Shown here: positions 26,151 to 38,328 of the stretch, in pieces
Numbering within the stretch: position 1 is the first letter of the stretch
Layout of the letters: each line of letters starts with the position of its first letter
From: Hemiscyllium ocellatum
Taxonomy: Eukaryota
NCBI RefSeq assembly: GCF_020745735.1
Contig: NC_083435.1
Span: 8,897,201 to 8,961,200, forward strand
Length of the DNA stretch: 64,000 nt
Direction of reading: 5' to 3'
The notes under the pieces: model-generated
What the model saw: the letters and a program-made list of their open reading frames with translations, nothing else
Database searches by the model: none
Told to the model about the DNA's origin: nothing
Position numbers and translations under genes: made by a program

Positions 26151-27596
26151 GGGGGGGGTCACAGCATTTTAAAGGGGGGTGAATATAGTAAAGCTTGGCT
26201 GGAAAGGGTGTAATGTCGGAGAGTGGGTTGTGGGATCGTCCTGGCTTCGGTGGGCAGGGATAGGGGAATCATAGTGAATAACCCACCAGGCTCCTATACC
26301 AGAATCTGAGTGGGAAGAGTAGGTAACTGTGGGGGAGCGTATACAGATTGGGTGGGACATTAGGAAGTGTGAATTCTAAGGAGTTGAAAGAGTGGGTGAC
26401 AGGGACAGAGACACGGGTAATTGGGGCTCACTGACATATTAAGGCAGAAGCTGCAAGCCTCCGGAAAAGGAAAGCTCAGTGTTACCTCCCATTGTGCTGG
26501 AAATCAAATGTGCCGATTGGGAAGAAAATGGCTTTGACCAGACTCAGAGTGAGGAAAGGCCACTGGCTAACACCTTTCTCACACAATAAACTGAGGGTGT
26601 GTTAACTTATAGAACACACTGTAGCTTGTACTGGAATGCAAATAATTTCTGGTCATACTTAGGAAACATTGTAATTTGACTGAAATGAGAAATGTAATAT
26701 TTTTATTGTATTTTCTGTAATGTCCAACTTGAACGCTTTTGCAAAGAAATTGTCAATAATCTATGAACTAAATATCTGATTGCATATGAAACAATTCTTT
26801 GTTCCCAGTGAGTTACGTGCTGACAGTGCCTGATGGATGTATCATGGGTTTGGTAGTTTTGACTGTTTCTGTCAGGAATCTGAGTGAAGTGCCCTTTTGG
26901 TTACCAACCCCTCCCGACCATCCAGCTATATCGATGGTGCCACGGAGTCACTGCCCAGACTGACTGATCTAGACGTTGCCAGCAACACGGAGCAGAGACT
27001 TGTTTTATTTCACAATAAATAATCATATTTCTCATCGTAGGTGCCTCCACTTTCAAAATATGAACATTTACTGAACATGACCAGAATTTTGTAAGGTTAG
27101 AGGAAAATGATTTAAAAGGGATCTGAGGGTCAATGTTTTCACATCCAGGTTCATATGTGGCATGAACTGCCAGAAGAAGTGATAGATGCAGGCACAGGAC
27201 AACATTTAAAAGACGTTTAGGTAGATACATGAATAGGAAAGATTTAGAGGGATGTGGGCCAAACACGGGCAAGTGGCTCTAATTTAGTTTGGGAAACGTG
27301 GTCCCTCTTTGATTCTCCAGGGTCTGAAAGGGAAGTGAACATCAAGAGATTCTTCATCCTCAGGAGCTTTCAGAAGGTGAGAAAGAGAGAGAGAATTATG
27401 AATGAAATTGCCCTGACTCCAAAAAAGCTGCAGAACCTGATCCTGCTTCAGACTATGGGGGGTTGATATCAAGGCAGATCTCCAAGAGGTGAGGAACCAG
27501 CAAACCTTGCTGTTGTCCCAGAGCCTCCAAGATAATCTGCTGGTCCAGGGTCCACTCAATGGAGCAGGATGAAACGGGGTCACATTCCTTCATTCA

Positions 27597-27823
27597 GAAG
27601 ATACACAGGGAGGGCTCTGTAACCAGCAGCCTGAAGGGAGAAGATACTCAGGGAGGGCTCTGTCACCAGCAGCCTGGAGGGAGAAGACACACAGGGAGGG
27701 CTCTGTAACCAGCAGCCTGATGGGAGAAGACACACAGGGAGGGCTGTGTAACCAGCAGCCTGAAGGGAGAAGATACACCAGGAGAGCTCTGTAACCAGCA
27801 GCCTGAAGGGAGAAGATACACAG
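27597..27823. repeat. 43-bp minisatellite, about 5.3 copies
   Basis: Unit gaagatacacagggagggctctgtaaccagcagcctgaaggga; period 43 measured between 27601 and 27644. Confidence 0.92.
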
Positions 27824-28260
27824 CTCCATGACAGATGGGGTCTCCAAAATGGGATTTGGGGAAGAGATCTACAACTGGATCCAACTGTTCCACACTGACA
27901 TCATTAGTGCAGTCTCATTCAGTGGGTGGGAATCAGGAAGATTCCTGATCAAAGCTGGACTCAGGCAGGGCTGCCCACTTTCTCCTGCCTTGTTTTTGTG
28001 TTGTGTACAGCTGTTTGCTGAGTCCATCAAGCAGAGTGTGGATTTGTCTTGGTGACTATCCCATGCAGCAGAGGCCTGAAGGTCAAGGCCTATCTGTATA
28101 TGGTGCCACTGTTTCATGTTCAAATCCACTGTCAGTTCACAGATTCACAAGCACTTGTGAACAGTTCAAATTGGCCCCAGGAACCAAAGTAAATCAAGAC
28201 AGAATATTACACACCTTCATGAGGGATGTGCTCTTACCAATGGGAACTGGTATTTGGGTC
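27824..28260 (+). mobile_element. Tx1/L1-clade RT fragment
   Basis: SKMGFGEEIYNWIQLF...GLRQGCPLSPALF (RT domain 3-4 motif). Confidence 0.8.
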
Positions 28261-28544
28261 AGTTTTACAAAACAATATGTCATGGATTAAAACAGTGATC
28301 AAGCTGTTTTGGTTCAGTGATATATAGTGAGGTAGGTTTAATAAATTATGTCAGAGAAAAAGATCTCGGAAGCAGTGACCACAACTTGGTTGAACTCAGC
28401 ATTCATTTTAGATAGAGGTAGCTAGGTTGGAAACAACTTGCTGAACCTAACTAAGGGTAAGCAGAAAAGATTGAGAGCAGAGCTGGCTGGACTCAGGAAG
28501 GAGTTTAACATTTAAGAAAATTGGGCATGGCTCACAGAAAATAC

Positions 28545-29040
28545 AGGAGAAAGTGAGGACTGCAGATGCTGGCGAGTCAGAGTCAAAACATGTGGTGCTG
28601 GAAAAGCACAGCAGGTCAGGCAGCATCCGAGGAGTCCTGAATATAGCCCAGTACATCACACAAGCCAGCCTTCCATCAATTGACTCTGTCTACACTCGCC
28701 TTAGGAAAGCAGCCAACATAATAAAAGACACCTCCCTCCCCGGTTATACTCTCTTCCAATCTCTTCCATCAGGTAGGAGATATAAAAGTTTGAAAACACT
28801 GACCAACAGACTCAAGAACAGCTTCATTCCCCACTGTTATTGGACATCTGAATGGACCACTCAGATATTAATGTTGATCTCTCTGTTTCTATGCATTTTG
28901 CCTGCAAGGGGAACACAGTATTCTTCACTCTGTTCTATTACTTTAATGCACTTAGTACAGTATGATCTGCCTGTGAAAGACATAAAACAAAACTTTTCAC
29001 TTTACCTCAGTACGTGACAATAAAACAAATCAAATCAAAC
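28545..29040 (+). mobile_element. Penelope pLTR piece (28545-28632) fused to a Rex1/Babar 3' end (28633-29040)
   Basis: LPSIDSVYTRLRKAANIIKD...LPSGRRYKSLKT.TNRLKNSF is the Rex1 C-terminal motif; tail aaatcaaatcaaa. Confidence 0.75.
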
Positions 29041-29114
29041 CGCCTCCACCTGGCAGGAGAGGGTACTGCAGCCCAATATCTTTCAGTAATGATCACATCC
29101 AACAGATGGCGCTG
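29041..29114. promoter_or_regulatory. Cluster of CTCF-like motifs
   Basis: CCAACAGATGGCGCTG at 29099-29114 is close to the CCASYAGRKGGCRS consensus. Weaker matches are gcaggagagggtactg (+) and ctgccaggtggaggcg (-) at 29041-29068. Confidence 0.45.
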
Positions 29115-29633
29115 TCACACAACCAAACACTCAGGATGGTGGAAATTAGAAATAAAATCAGAAAATGTTGCAGATTAGATAGCACCAATGGACAGAGGAC
29201 TGGATTTAATGGGGAGTTAAATACTGGGGATGCTGGAAATCCTGGGAGAGAGTAGATTTTCTGTAATTCCCCTCCTCAATGATGTATTGAGCTCAATACA
29301 GCAATACAGAAACAAAAACAGAAGCTGCGACAAAAGCTCAGACACTTCCCCGGACCCGAAATCCTCACTCTGACTTCTCTGCACAGATGTTTTTCCAGCA
29401 GCTTCTGTTTATGTAAGCATCCACAGTTCTTTCGGCTTCTATGTAAATGCAGCTTTGTCACCCTTCAGTGTTTGGATTCCTCCCTCAGGATTTCATGTTC
29501 CGGGTGCAGAGTGAGAAATGGAAACACAGAGAAATCCCAGCTCCAGACTGGGAAACAGGTGAAGAGATGGAGGATGGGACTGAAGCAGGGAGTAAATGAA
29601 GGAAAGAGAGGCACTAGATATTTAATTTACTTT

Positions 29634-29639
29634 TTTATT
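29634..29639 (-). promoter_or_regulatory. Polyadenylation signal of gene B
   Basis: AATAAA on the minus strand about 155 bp after the stop, at the position homologous to gene A's signal. Confidence 0.55.
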
Positions 29640-29794
29640 TTCACCATCTGGTTTTAATTTTGTATTGGTTTTATGTATAGTCTGACTGTCAGTTTGCAAA
29701 GTATAATTTAAAAATTGAAAAACACACTCAGTGACAAACTGGTCTCTAATCCCCAATCCCCCGTCTCTGACCCTGACCCACTCCCAGCGTCAAG

Positions 29795-30366
29795 TCACTT
29801 TGAGGTCAGGGAGATCCCGAGGTCCCACCACTTTCCAAAATTCAGGTCCAAACTGGAGCAGATTCTCAGAAACTGGTTTTCATAAAATAGTTGAAAGAAA
29901 GGAAAAAGTTTCCCAGTGAATTTATTCCCAGGGAAGGTGTGGAGTTGGGACTTGGTGTCCACGTTGTAAAATGAAACTGTCCCAGATTCATAACTGAGAT
30001 AAACTCCCACCTTCCTGGGGATCTGACTGACAGGGAGAGGGGATTGAGGAGAGGAGTTTATATAAAACCGATCCTCAAACCATTCAATGATCCAGAATCC
30101 ATCCTCTGGTATCACACTGACGCCGCTCTTCCTCTCCACAGACTCTGAGGCTACTCCCAGACTCCAGCACCGATTCCCTTCCACCTCCACCTCCCAGTAA
30201 TGTCTCCCCGATGTGAATCCCTGGGATCCCAGGACACAGAGATGGTCTGTAAACCTCTTTTTGGTGTCAGGGAGATACTTCCGGGTCCCAGTCAATTTCA
30301 AACTCTTTAGATCCTCAGAGACCTCGAGCCAGGGACTCGCTGTTTGCACATCCAGGGTCACAGAGA
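29795..30366 (-). CDS. Terminal B30.2 (PRY-SPRY) exon of butyrophilin-like gene B
   Basis: Acceptor ttctctgtttttttttctcccag|, phase 1, open frame VSVTLDVQTASPWLEVSEDLK...GRHYWEVEV...WSLGV...KLFPFF to TGA. Confidence 0.92.
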
Positions 30367-30520
30367 CTGGGAGAAAAAAAAACAGAGAATTAGTGTGTAT
30401 CAATATCAGAGGCTTGGGTTTTATTTGGGGACTAATGATTGTGAGGGGACTCACTGAAGCTTTCAGGAGGGCATTTGTCTCATGGGGGTCATCTGGTGGG
30501 GGGGGGGCAATGAGGTGATG

Positions 30521-30836
30521 GTGGCACAGTGGCACAGTGGTTAGCACTATTGCCTCACAGCGCCAGAGACCCGGGTTCAATTCCCACCTCAGACGGGAAC
30601 TCTGTGGGGAGTTTGCACATTCTCCCCGTGTCTGTGTGGGTTTCCTCAGGGTGCTCTGGTTTCCTCCCACAGTTCAAAAATGTTCAGGTTAGGTGAATTG
30701 GCCATGCTAAATTGCCCGTAGTGTTAGGTGCAGGGGTAAATGTAGGGGAATGGGTATGGGTGGGTGTGCTCCGGCAGGTCGGATGTGGACTTGTTGGGCC
30801 AAAGGGCCTGTTTCTACGCTGTGGGTAATCTAATTT
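30521..30836 (+). mobile_element. HE1-type SINE in the last intron of gene B
   Basis: gtggcacagtggttagcact...ggttcaattcc...gagtttgcacattctcccc...taatctaat. Confidence 0.9.
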
Positions 30837-30969
30837 AATGCTTGGGAATATGGGACGGATACTTATGTATCAGGAATGGGACTCACTGGGGGATCAGGGA
30901 TTTGTCAATGGGTCAGGGCAGGGGTAGAGGGTCACGTTTGAGATTGGTGAAAATGAATTAGGAGCAGTT

Positions 30970-32140
30970 TTGTTGTGGTATCCTTTAAACCCACTGACTC
31001 CCACAGTTACCTTGACTCTATATCCTTGCACCCTGCTTCCTGTAAGGATTCTATCCTATTCTCCCACTTTCTTCATCTCTGTCCCATATGTTCTGATGAT
31101 TCCACCTTCCACTGGTGTGTCTCCGAAATGACCGAGTTTTCTTTCGACAGAGAAATCCCCCACTTCAGCAATGTCCAACCCATCTCTCATTTTTCTGCCC
31201 TCACTCCGTCCCTCATTCCCAGAACAGCAATCGTTCTTGTCCTCACTTTCTATCACACCTTCCAAAGGCTCATCCTCTGCTTTTTCTGTCATTTCCAACC
31301 AGATGCCATCACCAAACCCACTGACAGCATTCCGCAGGGACCATTTGTCTGGGACACCTGGTCCACTCCTCCATCATCTCCTAATGGTTTCTCACTGCTC
31401 CATGTTGCCTTCCCATGCAATCATAAAAGGTGTAACATTAACCTCCTCCCTCTTCGCTGTCCAAGGCCCCAAATACAGCCTACTTTCCTCTCCCTATAAC
31501 TCAAGCCCTCCAGTCTTGGTAACATAATTGCAAATCTGTTTTGTACCCTTTCCAGTTTAATAACATCTTTCCTATAGCAGGACAATCCAGAATTGCATGT
31601 AGTACTCCAAATGTGACCTCACCAATGTCTTACACAGCTGTAACATGACATTCCAATTCCTGTACTCAATGCTCAGACCAATGAAAGCAAGCACGCCAAA
31701 CGCCTCCTTCACCACGCTCTCTACCTGTGGTGTCACTTTCAAAAAACTATGTACCTGAACCCCTGGGTCACTCTGTTTGACAATACTCCCCAGGGCCCTA
31801 CTATTAACCCAATAAGTTTTGCCCTGGTTTGTCTTATGAAAATGCAACACCTCACATTTATCTTCACTAAACTCCATCTGCTGTTCCTCAGCCCACTGGC
31901 CCAGTTGATCAAGATCTCATTGTACGCTCAGATAACTTTCTTCATTGTCCACTAAACCATCAATTTTGGTTTTATCATAAACTTACTAACTATGCCTCCT
32001 ATATTCTCATCCAAATTGTTTATTTAAATAATGAACAGCAGTGGACCCAGTATTGATCCTTGCCTTACACTGCTGGTCAAGTCTGAATGACAACCCTTCA
32101 TCATCACCCTCTGTCTCTTACCGTCAAACCAATTGGTCCT
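30970..32140. mobile_element. Decayed Penelope fragment (+, about 30970-31500) abutting a CR1 RT/3' fragment (-, 31500-32140)
   Basis: FKPTDSHSYLD...HPASCKDSI (PLE thumb); KCEVLHF...LVRSHLEY (CR1). Confidence 0.75.
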
Positions 32141-33197
32141 GAGTAGTTCTCCACCTGAGATCCCAAACTGGGCTCCTGTTGGTGTTTGAGCTCAGTTTGT
32201 ATTTTACACTGACCTCAAGGACAGTAACCAGTGGTTTTAATTATGGACGTGTCTGCAGTGTGGCTGTACTGAGATTTGAGTCACTAAAACTGACCCAGAG
32301 GAAACAGACACTGATCGAAAGCAAGATGTTACTGCTTGAAGAACCTGACAGTTATCCAGAGGAACATGACACTCCACAGCAAAACATCAAAAGGATGTAC
32401 TGGTTTGATTTCTTGCCCATGAACTGAACTGTGTGAACAGCAGGAGATCACTTGGAGCTGAACTGTTCCTGCAATTCCAGAGGATGCTGCTCAGCGCTGA
32501 CCCAGACTGTCCAATGAACAGCTGAACACAACTCTTGTTATTGACTGCAACTAATACATTCCCCTCTGTGAAATACAGACCCACCCTCCTACTCAGCAAA
32601 CCTGCAAGAACTGTATAATTCCTGAACTGGGGAAACTATCAAGCAGTCTTGGGTCTGATTTTACAGGACTGATCAGTACTGACACTCTGAGACATCAACC
32701 CACACAACTACCACAAATGACAATGATCCCAAAGACCATGAGCTGGTAAAACAGAACCTTCTTCCCCACTCTCACTCAGCTCATCGTCAGAAACCAAGAC
32801 CAACAAGGTGTCTCAGTTTCATGACCTCACCATGTCCAGAAACCTGGATGTATCAAGAAACGCATTCCATAAGTGTCACACAATTAAACATTCTTGCAAT
32901 ACAATGCCTTTATAAGTGTGAATAGATAGATAAATACTCAATGGATTTATGAAATATATAGGGAATATATATTTAATGTATAAAATATAGATATTGTGGC
33001 AACTTTTATGTTCATATGAAATAAAGTCTTTCAGCAAAAATGCCAAGTAAAATTAAATTCCTCAATTTAGAAAATGAAAGATTGTTCCAGTGAAATGAAC
33101 CTTTGCTTAATTTACACAAAATATTTAGGAAATATACTTCAATATTTCTGAACAATAGGGTCAGTTTAATTGAATTGTAACACGTTTCTGTACTTAC

Positions 33198-33224
33198 CAC
33201 AATCTAGTTCTGTGTTGTCGTATC
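33198..33224 (-). CDS. 27-bp cytoplasmic micro-exon of gene B (xYDNTELDC)
   Basis: ttttttcttgttccatgcag|GATACGACAACACAGAACTAGATTGTG|gtaagta. Strong splice sites, phase 1-1, open frame, with BTN-typical size and position. Confidence 0.7.
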
Positions 33225-33774
33225 CTGCATGGAACAAGAAAAATTTAATATCTCACATTTCTTACTGACTGCCTATCAAAGCTATCAGCTGTAAGCTCAC
33301 ACATTGGCAACTAGTAACGCCCTCCCTCAGACTGCACCATCACTGCTGGGCTCGAATCCACCCATAAACAACATGGAACTAATCGCCACAGGACATTTTA
33401 ACCCTTCACCATTCAATATTGCTGCTTAGTTTCAGGTCAAACCCTCTGCCACCATTATTTCTTGGACAGCAGCTGTTGGTGATGATTCGGTTACTTCCAT
33501 ATGTATCTCATTTCACAGAAGAACAGAAACGACTGAAGAAACTCAGCAAGTCTGGCAGCAACTGTGGAAAGAGGATCAAGTTAACCTTTCCAGTCTGATT
33601 TCACCCTTCTTTGGAGGACACACATTCCAAATAAAAATCACAATGAACATTGTTTCTCTTTCTCTACAGACTGATAGATCTGTTGGGTTTCTCCAGCATT
33701 TTCTGTTTTCATTTCAGATCTCCAACATCTGCAGTACTTTGCTTCTATTACGGCAGCTGTCAACCAACTTCAGA

Positions 33775-34420
33775 GTCATCGAGTCATACAGCATGGAAAC
33801 AGACCCTTCAGTCCAGCCAGTCCATGCTGAGCATAATCCCAAACTACCCTAGTCCCTGGTGGGACAGGAGATGTGTTGATGGTATTCTGGGGGCTGGCCC
33901 CTATCCCTCCAAACATTTCTTATTCATGTACCTATCTAAATCTCCTTTAAATGCTCTAACTATATCTGAGTCTACCATTTCTTCTGGAAGTTCATTCCAC
34001 ACACGGACCACTCTCTGTTAAAAACATTTGCTCTTCGTTTTTTTTAATCATTCCCCTCTCATCTTAAAAAAAATGCCCCCAGTCTGGAAATGCCCCCCCT
34101 TAGGGAAAAGACACCTGCCATTCGCCTTACCTAAAGCCCTCATTATCTTATGAACCTCTATAAGGTCACTCCTCAACCTCTGACCCTCCAGTGAAAAATG
34201 TCCCAACCTATCCAGCCTCTCCCCATAGCTCAAGCCCTCTATTACCTCTAGCAACATCCTGGTAAATCTCTTCTGCGCCCTCTCCAGGTGAATAATTCCC
34301 TTCCTATAGCAGGGTGACCAGAATGGAACACAGTACTCCAGAAGAGACCTCACTAATGTCCTGCACAACCTCAACATAATGTCCCAACTCCGATACACAA
34401 AGATCTGAGCAATGAAGGCA
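33775..34420 (-). mobile_element. CR1 3' end
   Basis: LVRSLLEYCVPFWSP...RSDLIEVHKI, plus the catagagtcatacagc 3' UTR. Confidence 0.85.
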
Positions 34421-34849
34421 AGCTTATTTTTTGTTTGTTTTTGTTTCTTCACTTCATAAAGATTGTTCTGAAATAACTCCACAGAGGCAGGTATCACCTC
34501 AGCAAGTTTCCCTCGATTTATACATGAACAGTCCTTGACTTTAATATTGTCTCATTCTGAGTCAGGTACCCAAGTGTCCATTTCTCTGACACTCACCCTT
34601 CAGGGCTCCCTGACTGAATCAAATCAACATCCCCAACTGATATTCTGAGGTCTACCTGGCTGACCTTCTGATAATCACCAAATGTTCCTTTTTATATTTG
34701 ACTGGATTATTAATTATGGACTGAAATGAAAAAAAAAATGCTTTAAAACCAGGGATTAGTGGAGGATTGCTGATTGTTTTTGAAAGCAAACGCAGACCCT
34801 CATTAGAAGTGCTGCCGTCCCTTATTACCTCAGTTCACCTCCGCCATCC

Positions 34850-36800
34850 TGTCAGCGGTCTGCATCCCAGCCCATGTAGAAGTGAAGAGTGCCCTGGATG
34901 AAATATACAACGCTACAAATTCACTTGAGACGGAATGTCACAAGGCCATATTCACTGTGACCAGTGACTATAACACAACCAACCTCAAGAATGTGCCTCC
35001 AGAATACCATCAACAATACCATCCTGTCCCACCAGGGGGCCAAGCATCCTTGACCACTGCTACACAACCATCAAAGACGCCTACATCTCCATACACAGTC
35101 CAAATTTTGAAAAATCAGATCACAATGCTATGCTCCTCCTCCCTGCTTACAAGCAGAAGTTGAAATGTGAGGACACAGTATAAAAGATAGCACCGATCTG
35201 GTCTGAGGCAACAGAACAGCTCCTGCAGGACTATCTGGAATCAGTGGGCTGGTCCGTATTGAAGAATTCAGTGGCTAACCAAGACAAGTATCCCACCACG
35301 GACACAGATGTCATGAGCAGGTGTGCAGAGAACTGCATGACAAAGAAGTCGATCCATATGTTCCCCAACCAGAAACCATGGGTGAACCGTGAAATCCATT
35401 GCCAACTGCAGAACATACATAAGGTGTTCAAGTCAGATGGTGCTGACCTTTACAGGAAATCCAGGTTTGACCTCGGTAAGGCCATTAGAAATGCCATTAG
35501 GCAATATCAGACCATGTTAGAGACCCAAACTAATCATGTTGACACCTGCCATCTGTGGCAAGGCCCACATGACATAAAGGGTTAAAAAATGAAACAGAAC
35601 AGATAAAAGCACATCCCTCCCTGATGCGCGAAACATTTTTCACAATCATTTTGAACGCAAAGTCGGTGAAAGGAACGCGATGTCTCCTGCCCTGACAGCC
35701 TCAGGTACCCACGCTCACTGCTGCAGAGATTAGATCGCCTTCCTGAGAGTGAACCTACAGAAAAGGACTGGCCCAGATGCAGGCCCTGGCCATGGACTCA
35801 ATTCCTGTGTGGACTAGCTGGTGGGAGTATTCACTGACATCTTTAACATCTCCTTACTATGACGTGAAGTCTCCGACTGCTTCAAGAAGCCCACTATCAT
35901 CCTGGGGGTGCCAAAGAAAAATCATGCAGCATGACTCAATGACTACAGCCATGGCTCTGGCCTGCAGAATCATGAAGTGCTTTGAGAGGTTAATCACAGA
36001 TCATATCAGCCCCAGCCTCCCAGCCTGCCATGATCCTTTGCAATTTGCCTTCTGGGGCAACAGGTCCACGGCAGATGACAACTTCCTAACCCTACACTCA
36101 TCCCTGGAACAGCTGGACAATAAGGATACCTAAGGCTTCTACTTATTCATTACAGCACCGCCTTCAATACTATAATTCCAAACAAACTAAGCTTCAAATT
36201 CCCAGACCTAGGTCTGTACTTCCCTCCTGTGTAACTGGATCTTCAGCTTTCTGATCCACAGACTGTAATCAGTGAAGATAGCTAACTGCACTTCCTCCAC
36301 GACAATTCTCAACACTGGTGATCTGCGTACTCAGTCCTCTACAGTACTCCCTGACTCGACGGCCAAATTTCATCTGAACTCTATCTAGAAGTTTGTTGAC
36401 GACACCACAGTTGTAGACTGGATATCAAATAATGACAAATCAGAATACGTGAAAGACATTTAGTGCTTGGTGATTTCATATGAATCATGGTGGTAGAAAG
36501 AGAACAATCTCTCCCTCAACGTCAGCAAAACTAAAGAGTTGATCATCGACTTCAGCAAGCTATAAGGAGGACATGGCCCAATCTACATCAATGGCACTGA
36601 AGTGGAGATTGTCGAGAATGTCAAGTTCCTTGGAATGGCGATAACCAACAATCTGTCTTGATCCACCCAGACTGATGTGAAGGTCAGGAAGGTACAACAA
36701 TGCCTCTTCTTCCTCAGGAGGCTAAGGAAATGTGACATGTCCATAAGGCTCCCATCAACTTTATGGATTCGATCTGGATGCATCACGACTTGGCATGGTA
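34850..36800 (+). mobile_element. Decayed Rex1/Babar LINE
   Basis: ALDEIYNA, FPNQKPWVN, YRKSRFDL, PLQFAF..NRSTAD and KVQQCLFFLRRLRK. Confidence 0.8.
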
Positions 36801-36804
36801 ACTA

Positions 36805-37020
36805 TTCTGTTGTGGTTCTGTTCGCCGAGCTGGGAGTTTTTGTTGCAAATATTTCGTCCCCTGTCTAGGTGACATCCTCAATGCTTGGGAGCCTCCTGTG
36901 AAGCGCTTCTGTGATGTTTCCTCCGGCATTTATTGTGGCTTGTCTCTGCCGCTTCCGGTTGTCAGTTGCTGTCCGCTGCAGTGGCCGGTATATTGGGTCC
37001 AGGTCGATGTGTTTGTTGAT
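36805..37020 (-). mobile_element. Penelope pLTR fragment (same family as 14191)
   Basis: gttgtggttctgttcgccgagctggga...tttcgtcccctgtctaggtgacatcctca. Confidence 0.85.
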
Positions 37021-37044
37021 ATCCCTCCCCACCCCCACCCCCCC

Positions 37045-37975
37045 CTCCGCAGGAATTCAGCTCTTTCGTCCATGTTTGAACTAAGGCTAGAATGAAGTCA
37101 GGAGCTGAGTGTCCCTGGCGAAACTCAAACTGGGCATCACTGAGCAGGGGTTGCTTGATAGCATTGTTGATGACCCCTTCCATCTCTTTACTGATGATGG
37201 AGCGTGGATAGATTGGGCGGTGATTGGCCGGGTTGGATTTGTCCTGTTTTTTATGTTCAGGATGTACCTGGGCAATTTTCCCCATTGTTGAGTAGATGCC
37301 AGTGTTGTAACTGTACTGGAAGAGTTTGGCTAGGGCAGTGGTACGTTCTGGAGCACATGTCTTCAGTTCTATTGCTGGGATGTTATCAGGGCCCATAGCC
37401 TTTGCCGTATCCAGCTGTTTCTGATATCACATGGAGTGAATCGAATTGACTGGATACTGGTATATGTGATGCTGGGGACCACTGGAGGAGCCCAAGATGG
37501 GTCATCTTCTTCTGACTGAAATTTGCTGTGAAAGCTTCAGCCTTGTCTTTTGCTCTGATGTGCTGGGCTCCTCCACCATTGAGGATGGGGATATTTGTGG
37601 AGCCTCCTCCAACGAGTTGGTTAATTGTCCACCACAATTCACAACTTGATGTGGAAGGACGGCTGAGCTTAGGTCGGATCTGTTGGTTGTGGGATCACTT
37701 AGCTCTGTCTATCACTTGCTGTTTATGCCATTTGCCACGCAAGTAGTCCTGTTTGGTAGCTTCACCAGGTTGACACCTCATCTTCAGATATTCTGGTGCT
37801 ACTCCTGGCATGCCCTCCTGCACTCCCCATCAAACCAGGGTTGATCCCCTGCCTTGATGGTAATGGTTGAGTGGGGGATATGCCAGGCCATGAGGTTACA
37901 GATTGTGCTGGAGTACAGTTCTGCTGCTGCTGATGGATGCCCAGTCTTGAGCTGCTAGATCGGTTTGAAGTCTGT
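37045..37975 (-). mobile_element. CR1-group LINE RT fragment (second family)
   Basis: GPDNIPA..LKTCAPE...LAKLFQYSY...KSNPANHRPI...QFEFRQGHS. Confidence 0.75.
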
Positions 37976-37984
37976 TCCATTTCG

Positions 37985-38328
37985 CACAATGAGGGGCATG
38001 GATAGAGTGAATAGCCAAGGCCTTTTTACATGGGTAGGGGATTCCAAAATCAGAGTATCTAGGTTTAATGTTAGAGGGGAAAGATTTAAAAGAGGCCTGA
38101 GGGGCATCTCTTTCATGCAGAAGGTGGTGTCTGCATGGTACAAGCTGCCAGAGGAAGTGGTGGAGGTTTGAACATACAACATTTAAAGGCATCTGGATGG
38201 GTACATGAATAGGAAAGGTTTAGATAACTCTGGTCGAAGTGCTGGCAAATGGAACTAGATTGGTTGGCATGGATGAGTTGGACTGAAAGGTCTGTTTCCA
38301 TGTTGTACACCTCTATGACTCTATGTCA
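37985..38328 (+). mobile_element. CR1 3' end with (ctctatga)n tail
   Basis: FMQKVVSAWYKLPEEVVE, then ctctatgactctatg. Confidence 0.8.

Noticed and set aside
26462-26475. ISRE/IRF-like motif ggaaaaggaaagct (also aaaagtgaaag near 59103)
   Set aside because: Short motifs like these occur often by chance, and neither is linked to an identified transcription start.
29283-29300. Perfect 18-bp palindrome tgtattgagctcaataca
   Set aside because: About 0.24 such palindromes are expected by chance in 64 kb (64000/4^9), and there is no supporting context.
29795-30670. 291-aa minus ORF read as a single-exon protein
   Set aside because: Its N-terminal part runs through an HE1 SINE and intron. The real exon starts at the acceptor at 30366.
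33266-33288. 23-bp AG...GT candidate exon on the minus strand
   Set aside because: It would leave only a 41-bp intron to the next exon, break the frame, and has a weak acceptor.
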